A stretch of DNA of 34,410 nucleotides from Saprolegnia diclina VS20 (lineage: Eukaryota), in contig NW_008246101.1 of assembly GCF_000281045.1 (NCBI RefSeq), forward strand, positions 208,207 through 242,616. The letters are read 5' to 3'. Below, one piece after another: positions 32,050-34,410 of this stretch (its first letter is position 1; each line of letters starts with the position of its first letter). The notes beneath the pieces are model-generated. The model saw nothing but the letters and a program-made list of their open reading frames with translations, did no database searches and was not told the origin of the DNA. The translations under genes were made by a program, and so were the position numbers.

Positions 32050-32892
32050 TTAGTGCGTCCACGACGCCAGCTTTTCCATTGCCTCGGGGAGCTTGTGCGT
32101 GGCCGCCATCTCGTAGTATTCTTTAGCTTTTGCCCCGTCCTTCTCGACGCCGTCGCCGCGTTCGTAGAGCTGCGCCATGCAGAGCTGGGCTTCCGGGATG
32201 TTGGCTTCGGCCGCGAGAAAGAAGCACGATGCGGCCTTCGCAACGTTGGCCTCGACGCCGCGCCCGAGCATATAACACGCGCCGAGCTCAAACTGCGAGA
32301 GACCGTGGCCCATATCCGCCGCCTTCTGGAACGTCTTGAAGGCACGAGTCGGGTTGGCGTCCGTGCCGTGGCCGTGCAGATGCGCCTTCCCGACCATCCG
32401 CAGCGCCTCGGGCATGCCTTGCTTGGCCGCGCGTGAGTAGAGCGCAAAGGCTTTGACCTTGTCCTGCGGGACATGCACGCCATTGTCATACATGTACGCG
32501 AGGTCGAATTGCGCCGCCATGTGGTCTTGGTCGGCGGCCTTGGTCCACCACTCGAACGCGACGGCTTCGTTGGCCTGCACGTGCAGTCCGTGCAAGTACA
32601 TGCGGCCGATCTGGTGGCGGCAGTTGGCGTGACCACCCTCCGCCGCCTGCTGCAGAAACTTGGCCGCGAGGCTCAGGTCCTTCTCGACGCCATGGCCGGT
32701 GAGGTAGAGATGACCCAGCGCGCTCTGCGCCTTGGTGTGGCCCATGGCCGCGGCCGACGTCCACTCAGCGACCGCGAGCTTGATCGCACTGTCGTCCTTC
32801 TTCTGAAGGTACCGGACGCCGTTGAGGTACTCGGTGGCGCCGGCGGCCGAGCAGAAAGGGCGCTGGCCAGTGATGAGGAGGCGGCGAAGCAT
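32050..32892 (-). CDS. Sel1-like repeat protein, probably mitochondrial
   Basis: About six to seven SLR units of the form A(Q)xxLGxxYxxGxGVxxDxxxA. The likely start MLRRLLITGQRPFCS resembles a presequence. Confidence 0.9.
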   Translation of the reverse strand: MLRRLLITGQRPFCSAAGATEYLNGVRYLQKKDDSAIKLAVAEWTSAAAMGHTKAQSALGHLYLTGHGVEKDLSLAAKFLQQAAEGGHANCRHQIGRMYLHGLHVQANEAVAFEWWTKAADQDHMAAQFDLAYMYDNGVHVPQDKVKAFALYSRAAKQGMPEALRMVGKAHLHGHGTDANPTRAFKTFQKAADMGHGLSQFELGACYMLGRGVEANVAKAASCFFLAAEANIPEAQLCMAQLYERGDGVEKDGAKAKEYYEMAATHKLPEAMEKLASWTH

Positions 32893-33213
32893 CTCGAATT
32901 TGTGAAACTGTGATGGCATATGGGATTTGTATGTCGGTTGCAAAACCCTTTTAACGGGGTCGATATCAAGCTTCCTTGGATTATGTCGTTTACAAAACAC
33001 GGTTGACGGTGATGTATTGCTGCCCACGATGGCTGGTAGCACCCAACCTCGAACTGTAAAATGTCCTCCTGTTCTGTGAAAAACGGCGTGGGTTTAGACA
33101 ACCAAAGGCAATAAACGCGTATAAGAAAGCGGGTACGGAAATTGCTGTCGGTTAGGAACACTTTTGCAAGAATACATTCCCAAACGCTTCCGGCCACGGG
33201 ACACAGGACGACG

Positions 33214-34117
33214 ATGAGCTCGCTCGACGATGAACTCGCTCTCTTCCAGGAAGAGATCGCATCCATCGAGAAGGAGACAACGAAGAAGCGACCTATCGAC
33301 GAGGTCGACCCGGACGAGGTCGCGCGGAAGCGGCAGAAGGCCATGGAGGTCGCCAAGGCCATCATGGCGCAGGCGGCCAAGCCGGTACCTGCACCGGCGC
33401 CAGCGCCGCAGGTCATCATTCGCGCGCCGACCGCGTTCGTGCCCAAGCCTGCGGCGTCGTATGGCTCGTCGCAGCACGACGCCGCATCATCATCGTCGTC
33501 GGCCGCGAACGTCTCGATCATGCACGGGCAGTCGCTGCCGTCGTCGTCGGCCATGCACATGGAGGTGATCGACCACAACACGGGCATGCCGCTCTCGTCG
33601 CACGAGCAGCTCATCTTTAGCCAGCAGCAGAGCGTGTACCGGTACCGTCCGGAGCGCAACGTGGCGAATGCACAGTCCAACTCGGACAAGAAGTTCCTTC
33701 GCGTCGCCGCCGGCAAGGTCTGGGAGGACGCGACGTTGGCCGAGTGGCCCGAGAACGACTACCGTCTCTTTTGCGGCGACCTCGGGAACGAGGTAAATGA
33801 CGAACTCTTGTCGCAGGCCTTCTCGACTTATGCTTCGTTTGCGATGGCCAAAGTCGTGCGCGACAAGCTCACGCACAAGTCCAAGGTATGTGCATCTCGT
33901 TGCAGCTATAGCTCATGCAAGGTGTTGCGAATAGGGCTATGGTTTTGTGAGCTTCCTCGACCCCTTCGATGCGGCCAAGGCCATGCGGGAGATGAACGGC
34001 AAGTACATTGGGAACCGCCCGGTCAAGATCTCCAAGGGCAAGTGGGAGGACCGGGCCATCGACGTCGTCAAGAAGAAGAAGGGCGGGAAGAAGAACAAGA
34101 AGCATCTCTTCAGTTAG
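33214..34117 (+). CDS. RBM42: RBM42-like RRM RNA-binding protein, 2 exons
   Basis: RVAAGKVWEDATLAEWPENDYRLFCGDLGNEVND; after intron 33886-33934, KSKGYGFVSF...AMREMNGKYIGNRPVK. Confidence 0.9.
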
Positions 34118-34410
34118 CCGAATGCACTAACGTCGCCATTCATCCTCGATCGGCATCTCGCAGGCTTCTGTGCAGGTCTTACAGCTCGCTCCATGCCTGA
34201 TACCTCACACAATACTAAGCCGCAAAGAAGGGTAGAGAAGAGGACAAAGATCTTAGTCTTCGCAAGAACCATAGTATCTACTAGTACACAACTTTGGTAT
34301 CGATCTCCGAGCCTTGCTTCATGAGAACCGCGACACAGCGCTTGTTCATCGAGTCAACCAATGTCCTGAGGTAGACGCTCGACAGATTCGACCACGCAGT
34401 CTCGATCGCC

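Overview
Gene-dense eukaryotic genomic DNA, most consistent with an oomycete (probably Saprolegniales; this is inference). The evidence is GC-rich exons, many very short GT-AG introns (37-68 nt) and oomycete-type Inr/FPR promoter elements (TCATTYBNNNWTTY). After manual splicing about 24 protein genes are supportable. Recognisable genes: FBT transporter (partial), M13 metallopeptidase, sulfotransferase-fold protein, IQ/coiled-coil protein, COMMD2, NDUFA13, BRF1, peroxiredoxin Q, WDHD1/Ctf4, RPL11, RPA34-like, glutaminyl cyclase, phosducin-like, GatC, FAM177-like, ICMT, Sel1-repeat protein and RBM42-like. Five things stand out. (1) Three dispersed paralogous type-I membrane proteins share an unfamiliar N-terminal triple-FMP/cysteine module. 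(2) One of them builds its stalk from seven frame-symmetric phase-1 micro-exons. (3) A KDZ-transposase-type CxC gene lacks its catalytic domain and is flanked by a 27-bp hairpin and an ACAGTG motif array. (4) The sulfotransferase has degenerate PAPS-binding motifs. (5) RPL11 has an unusually long, highly structured intron. All exon structures are manual predictions; no database searches were run.
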